From positions 88,029-152,028 of the forward strand of contig OZ246397.1 of NCBI GenBank assembly GCA_965230945.1: a stretch of DNA of 64,000 nt, given 5' to 3'. Below the pieces are notes generated by a model. It did no database searches. It was not told the origin of the DNA and saw only the letters and a program-made list of their open reading frames with translations. How positions within the stretch are numbered: the stretch's first letter is position 1; the number at the start of each line of letters is the position of its first letter. Positions 18,433 to 27,587 of the stretch are shown here, one piece after another. A program made the position numbers and the translations under genes. The stretch is from an uncultured Gammaproteobacteria bacterium. GTDB taxonomy: Bacteria > Patescibacteriota > Microgenomatia > PFEM01 > JAPLYW01.

Positions 18433-18461
18433 AATATAATACAAAAAGAAGAAAAAGTCAA
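18433..18461 (-). promoter_or_regulatory. Sigma70-type promoter TTGACT-17-TATATT for the microprotein operon
   Basis: -35 at 18456-18461, -10 at 18433-18438. Confidence 0.6.
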
Positions 18462-18471
18462 TATTATAGGA

Positions 18472-19224
18472 TTAAATTTCTATGCCTATTGGACAATGAT
18501 CAGATCCTCTTACTTTAGATAATATAAAAGCGTCTCTAATTTTTGTATTCACCTTTTTAGAAACAAACGTATAATCTATTCTCCAACCTAAATTACGTTC
18601 TCTAGCATTAGCAAAATAGGGCCACCAAGTATATTTCCCTTCTTCTTTATGAAATCTCCTAAAGCTGTCTACAAAACCTAAATCAATGACCTCATCGATC
18701 TTTTCTCTTTCCTCTCGAGTAAACATAACATTGTTTTTGTTATTTTTAGGCCTGGCTAAATCAATTTCTTCATGGGCAATATTAAAATCTCCTATTAAAA
18801 TTAAATTCTTATCTTTCATTTTCTTTAATTTATTTAAAAGAAGATCATAAACCTCAAGTTTATAAGGTAGATTCTTTTTTGTTCGATCCCCATGAGGCAA
18901 ATAAACATTAAGTAAGCTAAAATCTTTATATTCTAGTAATAAGGATCTTCCCTCTTTATCAAATCTCTTCATTCCTAGTTTTGTTTTAACAGACAATGGC
19001 TTTTTCTTTGAGTAAACTAAAAGACCACTATAACCACTTTTTTCAGCTGGATTAAAGAAAGAAAAATAACCATCCATCTTAACCAAAGAAGGATCTAGCT
19101 GTTCCTTAAAGGCTTTGATTTCCTGCAGACAAACAATATCCGCATCAATATCCGAGAACCAATCTAAAAAACCTTTCTTGTAAACAGCCCGCAAACCATT
19201 AACATTCCAGGAAATAATTTTCAT
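18472..19224 (-). CDS. xth: Exodeoxyribonuclease III / AP endonuclease
   Basis: ISWNVNGLR, CLQEIK, GDFNIAH, GWRIDY and SDHCP. Confidence 0.95.
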   Translation of the reverse strand: MKIISWNVNGLRAVYKKGFLDWFSDIDADIVCLQEIKAFKEQLDPSLVKMDGYFSFFNPAEKSGYSGLLVYSKKKPLSVKTKLGMKRFDKEGRSLLLEYKDFSLLNVYLPHGDRTKKNLPYKLEVYDLLLNKLKKMKDKNLILIGDFNIAHEEIDLARPKNNKNNVMFTREEREKIDEVIDLGFVDSFRRFHKEEGKYTWWPYFANARERNLGWRIDYTFVSKKVNTKIRDAFILSKVRGSDHCPIGIEI

Positions 19225-19233
19225 TGATAAAAA

Positions 19234-20346
19234 TTACTTTTTAACCACTCTCTGTTTGGAAATATTAACAAGGATTCCCATACCAGCCAGTGAAAGTATC
19301 AATGACGAACCTCCGTAAGAAATGAAGGGAAGAGGAATACCAGTTAAAGGCACTAAAGCTACCATAGAACAAAGATTAATTAGGGCTTGGAAGCCTATCC
19401 AGGCGGTAATACCTACAGCCAGTAGTTTCCCAAACTCATCTGGAGCTTCTTTGGCAATTTTAAGACCCCGCCAAATTAAAAACAAAAAGGCTGCTAGAAG
19501 AATAAATCCTCCTATAAAGCCGAGCTCTTCAGCAATAACGGCAAAAATAGAATCGGTGGTTACCTCGGGCAGATATTCATATTTCTGCCTAGATTGGCCC
19601 AAGCCAACGCCAAAAAGCCCGCCAGAGCCAATGGCAATTAAAACCTGGCGGATATGATAAGAGGTCCCTAAAGGGTCCCTTGAGGGATCAAAAAAGGTAA
19701 GCAGTCTTTCCTTTCTGTAAGAAGATAAAAAGATTAAACCAGCTCCTGATAAAATCCCAAAAACGCCAATAAGGCCAATGGTAAGAAGTGGAGCCCCAGA
19801 GGCAAAATAAAGAGATAAGCCTGTGGCAGCTAAAACTACTGTCGTTCCTAAATCAGGCTCAAGCATAATTAAACCTACTAAAACACCCAAAACAGCCAAA
19901 AAGGGCCAGATATTTTTCTTTTTGGCAAAAAAGGAAGATAAATAAACAATAAAGGCTAATTTGGCTAATTCAGCTGGCTGAAAACTAAAAGAGCCAAAAC
20001 TTAACCACCTTCTTGCTCCTAGAACTTTAGTTCCTAACCCAGGAATTAAAACTAGAATTAAAGCAATTAAAGAAAAGATTATTAAGGGAACAGCTGCTTT
20101 TTTCAAAAACCGATAATTAAGGAAAGAAGTAATTATAAAGGCAACTATCCCAAACAAGGCCCAATAAATCTGTAAACGAAAATAATAAAATTTATCTGAG
20201 AAGTCCTGATAAGCTTTAACCACAGAGGCATTACCAACCATGACAATACCAAAAACAGTTAAACCCAAAACCAATCCTATTAAAAGCCAATCTGGTTTGT
20301 TTAAAGCATTTTTTAAAACAACTTTGGATCTAGAGCGTTTGAACAT
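19234..20346 (-). CDS. ftsW: SEDS protein FtsW
   Basis: GARRW, QPAELAK, EPDLGT, GLGQSRQK, TDSIFAVIAEELG and ISYGGSS; follows murD. Likely start is ATG 20346. Confidence 0.93.
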   Translation of the reverse strand: MFKRSRSKVVLKNALNKPDWLLIGLVLGLTVFGIVMVGNASVVKAYQDFSDKFYYFRLQIYWALFGIVAFIITSFLNYRFLKKAAVPLIIFSLIALILVLIPGLGTKVLGARRWLSFGSFSFQPAELAKLAFIVYLSSFFAKKKNIWPFLAVLGVLVGLIMLEPDLGTTVVLAATGLSLYFASGAPLLTIGLIGVFGILSGAGLIFLSSYRKERLLTFFDPSRDPLGTSYHIRQVLIAIGSGGLFGVGLGQSRQKYEYLPEVTTDSIFAVIAEELGFIGGFILLAAFLFLIWRGLKIAKEAPDEFGKLLAVGITAWIGFQALINLCSMVALVPLTGIPLPFISYGGSSLILSLAGMGILVNISKQRVVKK

Positions 20347-21676
20347 ATTTCTTGAATTGATTACCCCGATCTTTGTAATTTTTAAAGAGGCCAAAAGAAG
20401 CACAGCCAGGAGAAAGTAAAACAATCTCACCCTTTTTAGCTTCCTTAAAAGATAAATCAACAATCTCTTTCATCTTGTTAGATCCTTTAATAAATTTACC
20501 CTTGAAGCCTGCCTTTAAAGAAACCTCTTTGATCTTATTGGCTGTCTGACCAATTAAAATTAATGTTTTAACCGAAGATTTACTAATCTCTTTTCCTAAC
20601 TGAGTGTAGTCTGAATCCTTTTCAGAACCACCAGCAATTAAAGTAATGGGTTTTTGAAAAGATAAAATCGCCGCTGTCGTTGCCTCAGGTATGGTTGAAA
20701 AAGAATCATTATAAAAAGAAATTCCCTTAAAAACCCCTACTTTTTCTAAGCGATGCTCAAGACCCGTAAAAGAAAAAACTGCTTTTTTAATTGAAGGTAA
20801 CTTAGCTCCTGCCAAAAAAGCGGCCATGCTAGCAGCACAGACGTTTTCCCAATTATGGCGACCAATTAACTTTAAGTCTTTAACCTCACCTAGTAGTTTA
20901 TCTAAAAGAAAAATTTTGCCTTTTTTAACATAGGCTCCTTTAGTTTCTTTAAATTTACTAAAGTAAAATTTTTGCGCCAAGGTTAGATCAACAAAAGACA
21001 AAGAATTTTTGTCATCGGCATTAAAAACGGCAAGATCCTTTTTCCCTTGGTAAGAAACAATACTCGTTTTAGCCTGAAGATAGTTTTTGAAACTTTGATG
21101 GTAATCTAAATGTTCAGGGGTAATAAACAAAACAACGGAAAGATGAGGACTTTTTTCTAAATCTTCCAGTTGAAAACTGGAAAGTTCTAAAACTACCCAA
21201 GAAGTCAGCCTTAGCCCAGAGAGTAAAGAAAGCATCGGCGTACCAATATTACCTCCCAAATAAACATCTTGCCCATCCTCTTTTAGGATTTTATAAATCA
21301 AGGTGGCTGTTGTTCCCTTGCCCTTACTGCCGGTAACACCAATGATCTTACCCGGGCAAAGATCAAAGAAAAGCTTGGTTGATGAAGAAACAACAGCCCC
21401 TCTTTTTTCAGCTTCTTTTATTGATGATAAATCTAATCTAAAACCAGGCGAACGAAAAATAAAATCAAACTCTTTTAAACCCTCTTTTAGATAATCTTTA
21501 CCTAAAACAAAATCAATTCCCTTGTTCTTAAAACCCTTAATAGATTTCAATTCTCCTTCTTCCTTTTGATCAAAAACAGCTATTTTTGCTTGTTTTTGTA
21601 AAAGAAAATCAGCAAGATTCTGACCTTCAATTCCAAAACCTAAGATAGCTATTTTTTTATTGGAAAAATCAATCAT
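20330..21676 (-). CDS. murD: UDP-MurNAc-L-Ala--D-Glu ligase
   Basis: GVTGSKGKGTT, GGNIG, ELSSFQL, EHLDYH, YNDS and LLSPGCASF. Confidence 0.96.
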   Translation of the reverse strand: MIDFSNKKIAILGFGIEGQNLADFLLQKQAKIAVFDQKEEGELKSIKGFKNKGIDFVLGKDYLKEGLKEFDFIFRSPGFRLDLSSIKEAEKRGAVVSSSTKLFFDLCPGKIIGVTGSKGKGTTATLIYKILKEDGQDVYLGGNIGTPMLSLLSGLRLTSWVVLELSSFQLEDLEKSPHLSVVLFITPEHLDYHQSFKNYLQAKTSIVSYQGKKDLAVFNADDKNSLSFVDLTLAQKFYFSKFKETKGAYVKKGKIFLLDKLLGEVKDLKLIGRHNWENVCAASMAAFLAGAKLPSIKKAVFSFTGLEHRLEKVGVFKGISFYNDSFSTIPEATTAAILSFQKPITLIAGGSEKDSDYTQLGKEISKSSVKTLILIGQTANKIKEVSLKAGFKGKFIKGSNKMKEIVDLSFKEAKKGEIVLLSPGCASFGLFKNYKDRGNQFKKYVQTL

Positions 21677-21689
21677 AAATTAAAAAGGA

Positions 21690-22721
21690 TCAAATGACTG
21701 CTAACCATAAACCGAAGATTGCCAAGACGATTCCCGCTAACCAAGCACGAAAGACTATTTTCGGTTCTTCCCAACCACGATTTTGCAACCAAAGATGAAA
21801 AGGAGAAACAACAAAAAGCTTCCTTTTGAAAAACTTTTTCCAAAGAATCTGAATTAAGCTTGAAGAAATTTCTAAGATAAAAAGCCCGCCAATAACCACC
21901 ACGGCAATGGTCTTACCAAGCAAAAGACCAATGACTGCTAAAATAGCGCCAAAAGACAAAGCGCCTACATCACCCAGCCAAATACGAGCCGGGTAAACAT
22001 TGAAATAAAGAAAAGCCAAAAGGGAGCCGATAAACAAAGAGATAAATAAAGAAAGTGGTGTATCTAAAGCCTGGCTTGATAAAATCCAAAAGGCAAAAAG
22101 ACAAATAATTAAAAGTCCACAAGCCAAACCATCAAGGCCATCAGTAATATTAAAAGCATTGGCAAAGGCAACAATTACAAAGGCGGCAAAGGGAACATAC
22201 CAAATACCCAATTCAACTGTTCCCCAAAAAGGGATGTGTAAAAAGTTAATGCCCAAGTTATGATATAAAAGAACGCCAATGGTAATTGCCAAAAGCCATT
22301 GAATTAAAAACTTATGCCGCAAGCGTAAGCCAAAAAAACCTATCTTTTTAAAGCCAAAAAATTTCATCAAGTCATCATAAAGACCCAAAAAGCCAAAGGA
22401 AATAAAAGTAAAAAACAACACATTTAACTCATCTCTAATTGGATAAGCATGAGTCATAAAGACTCCCCCAAAAGAAACGATAGGGAAAATCAAGACATAT
22501 AAAAAAGTAACCACAGCAATAATCAAAAAGCCACCCCCAACAGGAGTACCTGCTTTATGCTTATGGAAACGGTCAAAAATCTTGGTCCTGATTCCTTGAA
22601 AATCACGTGTTATCTGTTGCCGGCGGAGGAGTTTAAACTTATACAAAAGATTAATGAAAGGGATCACTAAAATACCAGTAATCAAAAAGGAGAAAATTAG
22701 TAGACCAAGGTATAAAGCCAT
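21690..22721 (-). CDS. mraY: Phospho-MurNAc-pentapeptide transferase
   Basis: KAGTPVGGG, GLYDD, NITDGLDGL, LGDVG and GWEEPKIV. Confidence 0.95.
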   Translation of the reverse strand: MALYLGLLIFSFLITGILVIPFINLLYKFKLLRRQQITRDFQGIRTKIFDRFHKHKAGTPVGGGFLIIAVVTFLYVLIFPIVSFGGVFMTHAYPIRDELNVLFFTFISFGFLGLYDDLMKFFGFKKIGFFGLRLRHKFLIQWLLAITIGVLLYHNLGINFLHIPFWGTVELGIWYVPFAAFVIVAFANAFNITDGLDGLACGLLIICLFAFWILSSQALDTPLSLFISLFIGSLLAFLYFNVYPARIWLGDVGALSFGAILAVIGLLLGKTIAVVVIGGLFILEISSSLIQILWKKFFKRKLFVVSPFHLWLQNRGWEEPKIVFRAWLAGIVLAIFGLWLAVI

Positions 22722-22734
22722 AACTTAATTTTTA

Positions 22735-23985
22735 TTATAGCCTTACCTTTAGTTTATGTAAATAAAGACAGTTTTTGCAAGGATGATAAAAATGACAAGA
22801 ATTTACCTTACAATTAACTTTTTTGTTTTCCAGTATTAGCAAAGTCCTTTCCATATGCTTTAGCAAAGAGCCCTTTAAATAAAAAAGATCGTCTTTTTTA
22901 AGAATCTTTTTGAGAAGATTGGCAGCCTGAGAGGTATCCTTCGCCCAAAAGACGTGATCTTTATCCATTCCTGATTTTATGGCTTGCTGAGCCGTTAGTT
23001 TCTGTAGTGATCCTACGGAAACAAGATAGTCAATATTTAATTTAGCCACCTCATCGCCAATCTTCTGATGTTCCTTTTCAGCCAGGCTGCCTAGCTCCCC
23101 CATTTCTCCTAAAACGGCAATCCTCTTCCCCTTGCTGGGCAAATCAGCCAGGGTTTCAAGACCAGCCAAGGTAGAAGATGGGTTAGCCCGCAATGAATCG
23201 TTAAGTAAAATCGAACCTTTAGGTCCTTTTTCTATACTTAATCTCCCTGCTAGTGGTCTTAATTTACCTAAACCACGCTTAATCTCTTTTAGAGTCAATC
23301 CTTGGTAAAGACCAACGGCTATAGCCGGCAAACAGCTTTGAATAAAATGACGGCCTACCAAGCCAGTTTTAATGGAAACTCCTTTTTTATTTCCCCCTTC
23401 CTTTTGCAAAAGCTTAAACGAAGTCCCCGAAAAACTAATCTTAATGTCTTTCACATAGAAATCGGCCTCATTGTCCTTTAAGCTAAAGTAACAAACTTTA
23501 GCTTTGCTAAACTTAGCCATTTTACGTACCTTTTCATCATCCCCATTTAAAACCGCTAAGCCATCCTTTGGCAGTACCCTAAGAAGCTTACTCTTTTCTT
23601 CAATAACACCTTTCAAAGAGCCCAATAAACCTGGCCCTGAATGAGTGGGATTAATGCCTGTTAAGACAGCTATATGCGGTTTAACTAAATTTAGATGAAA
23701 ATCCATTTCTCCCTTATGATCAACCCCATATTCTAAAATCAGCTTTTGATGATAAGGTCTTGTTTTAAGAATGGTGATGGGTAAGTTATAAATGGTATCT
23801 AAATTTAAATCTGTCCGAAGGGTCTTGTATTTTTGAGAAAGAACAGCAGTAATCGCTTGAGCGGTATTAGTTTTGCCATAACTACCAACCACTCCAATGA
23901 CAGTCAGTTGTAAATTCATTCTCAGCCAAAGTTTAGCTAATAAACGTCTTGCTTTATGAAAAATCTTTTTTAAAATCTTAACCAT
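22735..23985 (-). CDS. murF: UDP-MurNAc-tripeptide--D-Ala-D-Ala ligase (short form)
   Basis: GVVGSYGKT, ANPSS, VLGEMGELG and LKGS; Cys-rich tail. Confidence 0.88.
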   Translation of the reverse strand: MVKILKKIFHKARRLLAKLWLRMNLQLTVIGVVGSYGKTNTAQAITAVLSQKYKTLRTDLNLDTIYNLPITILKTRPYHQKLILEYGVDHKGEMDFHLNLVKPHIAVLTGINPTHSGPGLLGSLKGVIEEKSKLLRVLPKDGLAVLNGDDEKVRKMAKFSKAKVCYFSLKDNEADFYVKDIKISFSGTSFKLLQKEGGNKKGVSIKTGLVGRHFIQSCLPAIAVGLYQGLTLKEIKRGLGKLRPLAGRLSIEKGPKGSILLNDSLRANPSSTLAGLETLADLPSKGKRIAVLGEMGELGSLAEKEHQKIGDEVAKLNIDYLVSVGSLQKLTAQQAIKSGMDKDHVFWAKDTSQAANLLKKILKKDDLFYLKGSLLKHMERTLLILENKKVNCKVNSCHFYHPCKNCLYLHKLKVRL

Positions 23986-25303
23986 TGTCTATCCTTTTAA
24001 TATCTGCGCCTAACCTTCTTAAACGAAGATATAAATCCTCATAACCCCTGTCAATATGGCCAGGGTCAATCAAGGTGCTTTCTCCCTGAGCAATTAAAGC
24101 TGCTAAAACTAAGGTCGCCCCGGCCCTAATATCAGGTACTTTTAGATCCATCCCTTTGAGGGGCCTTTTCCCATAAACCCTTACTCCATGAAAGTTTTGC
24201 GGCTTATCATCGGCAAGATTGAAATTATAAAAAGAATAAGGATTTTTTATCTTGGGATTAAAAAACTCTATTTTTGCCCCCATCTTGATTAAATCTTGAA
24301 TATACTTAAAGCGATATTCATAAATCGTTTCCACAATCTCACTCTCACCCTCAGCCTGAGTCATTAAAGTCGTCCATAATGCCTGCCAGTCAGTCATGAA
24401 ACCTGGATGAGGTCTGGTGATAACCTTGGTAGCCTTAAGAGGCTTTTCATACCAAAATCTAATTCCATAAGGCCCAATCTCATATCTTCCATTTGCTTGC
24501 TTAATCTTTTTAAGAAAAGTTTTTAGATGTTTTTCATCAGCATTTTCAATAATAATATCGCCCTTGGTAGCTAAAGCGGCACAAGCATAAGAAACGGCTT
24601 CATTTCGATCAGGTATGGCTTTATGAACCACGCCTTTTAATTTTCTGACCCCTTTAATAATAATCTTCCTTTGCGGCAATCTTTTTATCTTCGCCCCCAT
24701 TTTATTTAAAAACTCAATTAAGTCATCAACTTCTACTTCCAAGGCCGTATTTTCCAAAACCGTCGTTCCTCTAGCTTTGACAGCGGCCATAATCAAAGTC
24801 TCTGTTCCCGTATGGGTATTTTTAGGAAAACGGTAATGGCCTGCTGTCAAACGAGAGCAGCTTAAGTCAATAAAACGGTCCTTAATTTTTACCTTTATTC
24901 CTAAAACTTTCAGAGCTTCAAGATGTCTCTCAATAGGACGCTTGCCAATCTTGCAGCCGCCAGGAAAAGGAATTAAAGCTCTGCCAAAATGTGATAAAAG
25001 CGGACCGGCAAACATAATAGAGCCCCTTGATTTATAAGCAAGATGAGGAGGAATAGAATAACTCTTTAAAGAATTGGCTTTTATAAAAACTGTCCCTTCT
25101 CCCAGACTTTCCAATTGACCACCGATCTTTTTAATAACCTCTTTAGTGACTTCAACATCACCAATTTTAGAGATATCTAATAAGCGCGACTCGCCATCGG
25201 CCAATAAAGAAGCAATCATCAGCTTAAAACTGGAATTTTTAGCTCCGCCAATCCTTACAGCTCCCTTCAATGGCTTGCCACCTCTGATGATATATTTAGC
25301 CAT
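23978..25303 (-). CDS. murA: UDP-GlcNAc 1-carboxyvinyltransferase
   Basis: GAKNS, PGGCKIGKRP (catalytic Cys), PHPGFMTD, DIRAG and HIDRGY. Confidence 0.97.
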   Translation of the reverse strand: MAKYIIRGGKPLKGAVRIGGAKNSSFKLMIASLLADGESRLLDISKIGDVEVTKEVIKKIGGQLESLGEGTVFIKANSLKSYSIPPHLAYKSRGSIMFAGPLLSHFGRALIPFPGGCKIGKRPIERHLEALKVLGIKVKIKDRFIDLSCSRLTAGHYRFPKNTHTGTETLIMAAVKARGTTVLENTALEVEVDDLIEFLNKMGAKIKRLPQRKIIIKGVRKLKGVVHKAIPDRNEAVSYACAALATKGDIIIENADEKHLKTFLKKIKQANGRYEIGPYGIRFWYEKPLKATKVITRPHPGFMTDWQALWTTLMTQAEGESEIVETIYEYRFKYIQDLIKMGAKIEFFNPKIKNPYSFYNFNLADDKPQNFHGVRVYGKRPLKGMDLKVPDIRAGATLVLAALIAQGESTLIDPGHIDRGYEDLYLRLRRLGADIKRIDNG

Positions 25304-26186
25304 GACTTTTAACTAAAACAACTTCTAAATTAAGATCTATATTAAATTTCTCTTTTACCCTCTGTTTTAAAAGAGTAATTAATTTTAGCACATCTCCATC
25401 TTTTGCCTTCCCTAGGTTAACAATATAGTTGGCATGTTTTTGAGAAACTTGGGCCTCTCCTATTTTTTTCCCTTTTAAGCCACATGCTTCGATCAGCTGA
25501 CCGGCATATTTTGGTAAAGGATTTTTAAATATAGAGCCGGCGCTCTTTTCCTTAGGCCGATTAGCCCTTAAAGACAAAACCCTATCCATCTCCCTTTTGA
25601 TTTTTTCTTTTTTATCTTTTTTAAATCTCAAAACTATTTCTAAAACTATCTGTTTATCTTTTTTAAAACGACTTGAGCGATAGTCAAAACCGCAATCAGA
25701 AACTTTAAGTTCTTTAATCCTGCCATTTTTATCTAAAACCTTTACCTCTTCTATAATCTGGCCAATACTCTTACCAGCAGCACCGCTGTTGCCTATTACC
25801 GCTCCGCCAACACTCCCCGGAATACCTGTGGCAAATTCCAATCCAGACAAAGAATTCTCATAAGCCAGCTTAACCAGATCACCTAAGGGAACTCCTGCTT
25901 GAGCGATAATCCTTTGCCCGTTAATTTCATAACTTCTGGTGTCTATCTTGATAACCAAACCTCTAAAGCCATCATCAGAGAACAAAACATTACTGCCACT
26001 ACCAAGAATAAAGTAGGGAATCTTTTGCTCTAAACAAAGTTTAATTATTTCAACCAATTTTTCGGTGTTCTTTAATTGATAAAACCAATCAGTTTTACCG
26101 CCGATGGCAAAGGTCGTCCAAGATGACAACAAAACATCTCTTTTAACCCCAGGTAAAACCTTGTTTAAATTTTGCTTCATCTTCAA
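25296..26186 (-). CDS. murB: UDP-N-acetylenolpyruvoylglucosamine reductase
   Basis: GSGSN, GIPGSVGG, SAGSIFKNP and KHANYIVN. ATG at 26180 is an alternative start. Confidence 0.96.
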   Translation of the reverse strand: MKMKQNLNKVLPGVKRDVLLSSWTTFAIGGKTDWFYQLKNTEKLVEIIKLCLEQKIPYFILGSGSNVLFSDDGFRGLVIKIDTRSYEINGQRIIAQAGVPLGDLVKLAYENSLSGLEFATGIPGSVGGAVIGNSGAAGKSIGQIIEEVKVLDKNGRIKELKVSDCGFDYRSSRFKKDKQIVLEIVLRFKKDKKEKIKREMDRVLSLRANRPKEKSAGSIFKNPLPKYAGQLIEACGLKGKKIGEAQVSQKHANYIVNLGKAKDGDVLKLITLLKQRVKEKFNIDLNLEVVLVKSHG

Positions 26187-26191
26187 AACTA

Positions 26192-27580
26192 TTAATTTAA
26201 ATCCTTTAAAATTATCCTTGATAATAAATAAGATTTACCGGCCCCAAAAACAATTATCAAATCTCCTTCTTTGGTTTGATGTTTTATTCTTTCGGCAATT
26301 TTTTTAAAGTCTTCAATATATTCTGAGTTTTTACTAATTTCTTTTACCAAATCTTGCGCCTTCACCAAACCTTCATCTTTTTCCCTGCCTGGGAAAATAG
26401 CCGTCACTATTACCTCATCAGCTAAGCTTAAAACTTTAGCAAAATCTTTTAAAAAGATTTTTAACCTTGAAAATTGATGAGGTTCAAACACCGCCCATAT
26501 CCTTTGCTTCGGATACCTTTGCCTAGCTGCTTCTATGGTAGAGGCCACTGCCGTAGGATGAACAGCGTAATCGTCAAAAACCTTTATTCCCTTTTTTTCA
26601 CCAATTAACTCAAAGCGCCTGTTGAGACCTTTAAAACTGGTAAAGGCTTTGTTTAAATCATCTGCCTTAACTTTCAAGTCAAAAGCGCAACCTAAAGCTC
26701 CTAAAGCATTAGCTAAATTATTAATACCTACGAGTTTTAAGCTAAATTTATCTGCATTAACCTGAAAAGAAGTTAAATCAGTTTTCCTTTCTAAAATTTT
26801 TGCTTGATATTCAATGTCAAAAGGGAACTTAAATTTCTTTTTAATAAAAAAGCCAATCACTTTTATTTTTTCTTTTTTAAGATAACCTTTCGTTTCTACC
26901 AGTAACTCCTGAATACCCTGGCTTTCTTCATTAACAATAAGCACCTTTGGTTTTCTAATTTGTTTGATAAATTTTTTAAAGGCTTCTTTAAACTGCAAGT
27001 AATTCTTAAAAAATTCAGGATGATCCATCTCAATATTATTAATAATGATTATTGAAGGGTAGTAATTTAAAAAATTGTAATTAAACTCATCGGCTTCACA
27101 AACAAAATATTTCGACCTTCCTATTTTTACGGTCGAACGCCATTGAGGAACAATGGCCCCCACTTCCACAGTAGGATCAAGACCGCCTGCTTGTAAGGCA
27201 AGGCCAACTAAAGCCGTTGTTGTCGATTTGCCATGAGTTCCGGCTATGGCAATGACAAACTTATCCTTTTGTAAATATTTACCTAAAAATTCCTGCCAGG
27301 TCATTAAAATACCTCTTTTTTTAGCCTCAACAATCTCCGGATGGTTTTTATTAGAAATCAACACAGCTGGAGAAACAGCTAAAATATCAACTCCCTTAAG
27401 ATGCTCTTTATTATGCCCTAACAACGGTTTTATCCCCTTCTCCAGCAGGGGAGTAAAATAGGCTGTTTCTTTAGCTGAATCACAACCAGAAGCTTTAAAT
27501 CCCTGATTTTGAGCTAAAATGGCCACGCCAGCTACGGCGCTACCGCCAATCCCCATAAAATGAACATGTTTTCGTTTCAT
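26192..27580 (-). CDS. murC: UDP-MurNAc--L-Ala ligase
   Basis: HFMGIGG, AGTHGKSTT, EADE, RRFE, DDYAVHP and FEPHQFSR. Confidence 0.95.
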   Translation of the reverse strand: MKRKHVHFMGIGGSAVAGVAILAQNQGFKASGCDSAKETAYFTPLLEKGIKPLLGHNKEHLKGVDILAVSPAVLISNKNHPEIVEAKKRGILMTWQEFLGKYLQKDKFVIAIAGTHGKSTTTALVGLALQAGGLDPTVEVGAIVPQWRSTVKIGRSKYFVCEADEFNYNFLNYYPSIIIINNIEMDHPEFFKNYLQFKEAFKKFIKQIRKPKVLIVNEESQGIQELLVETKGYLKKEKIKVIGFFIKKKFKFPFDIEYQAKILERKTDLTSFQVNADKFSLKLVGINNLANALGALGCAFDLKVKADDLNKAFTSFKGLNRRFELIGEKKGIKVFDDYAVHPTAVASTIEAARQRYPKQRIWAVFEPHQFSRLKIFLKDFAKVLSLADEVIVTAIFPGREKDEGLVKAQDLVKEISKNSEYIEDFKKIAERIKHQTKEGDLIIVFGAGKSYLLSRIILKDLN

Positions 27581-27587
27581 TATGAAT

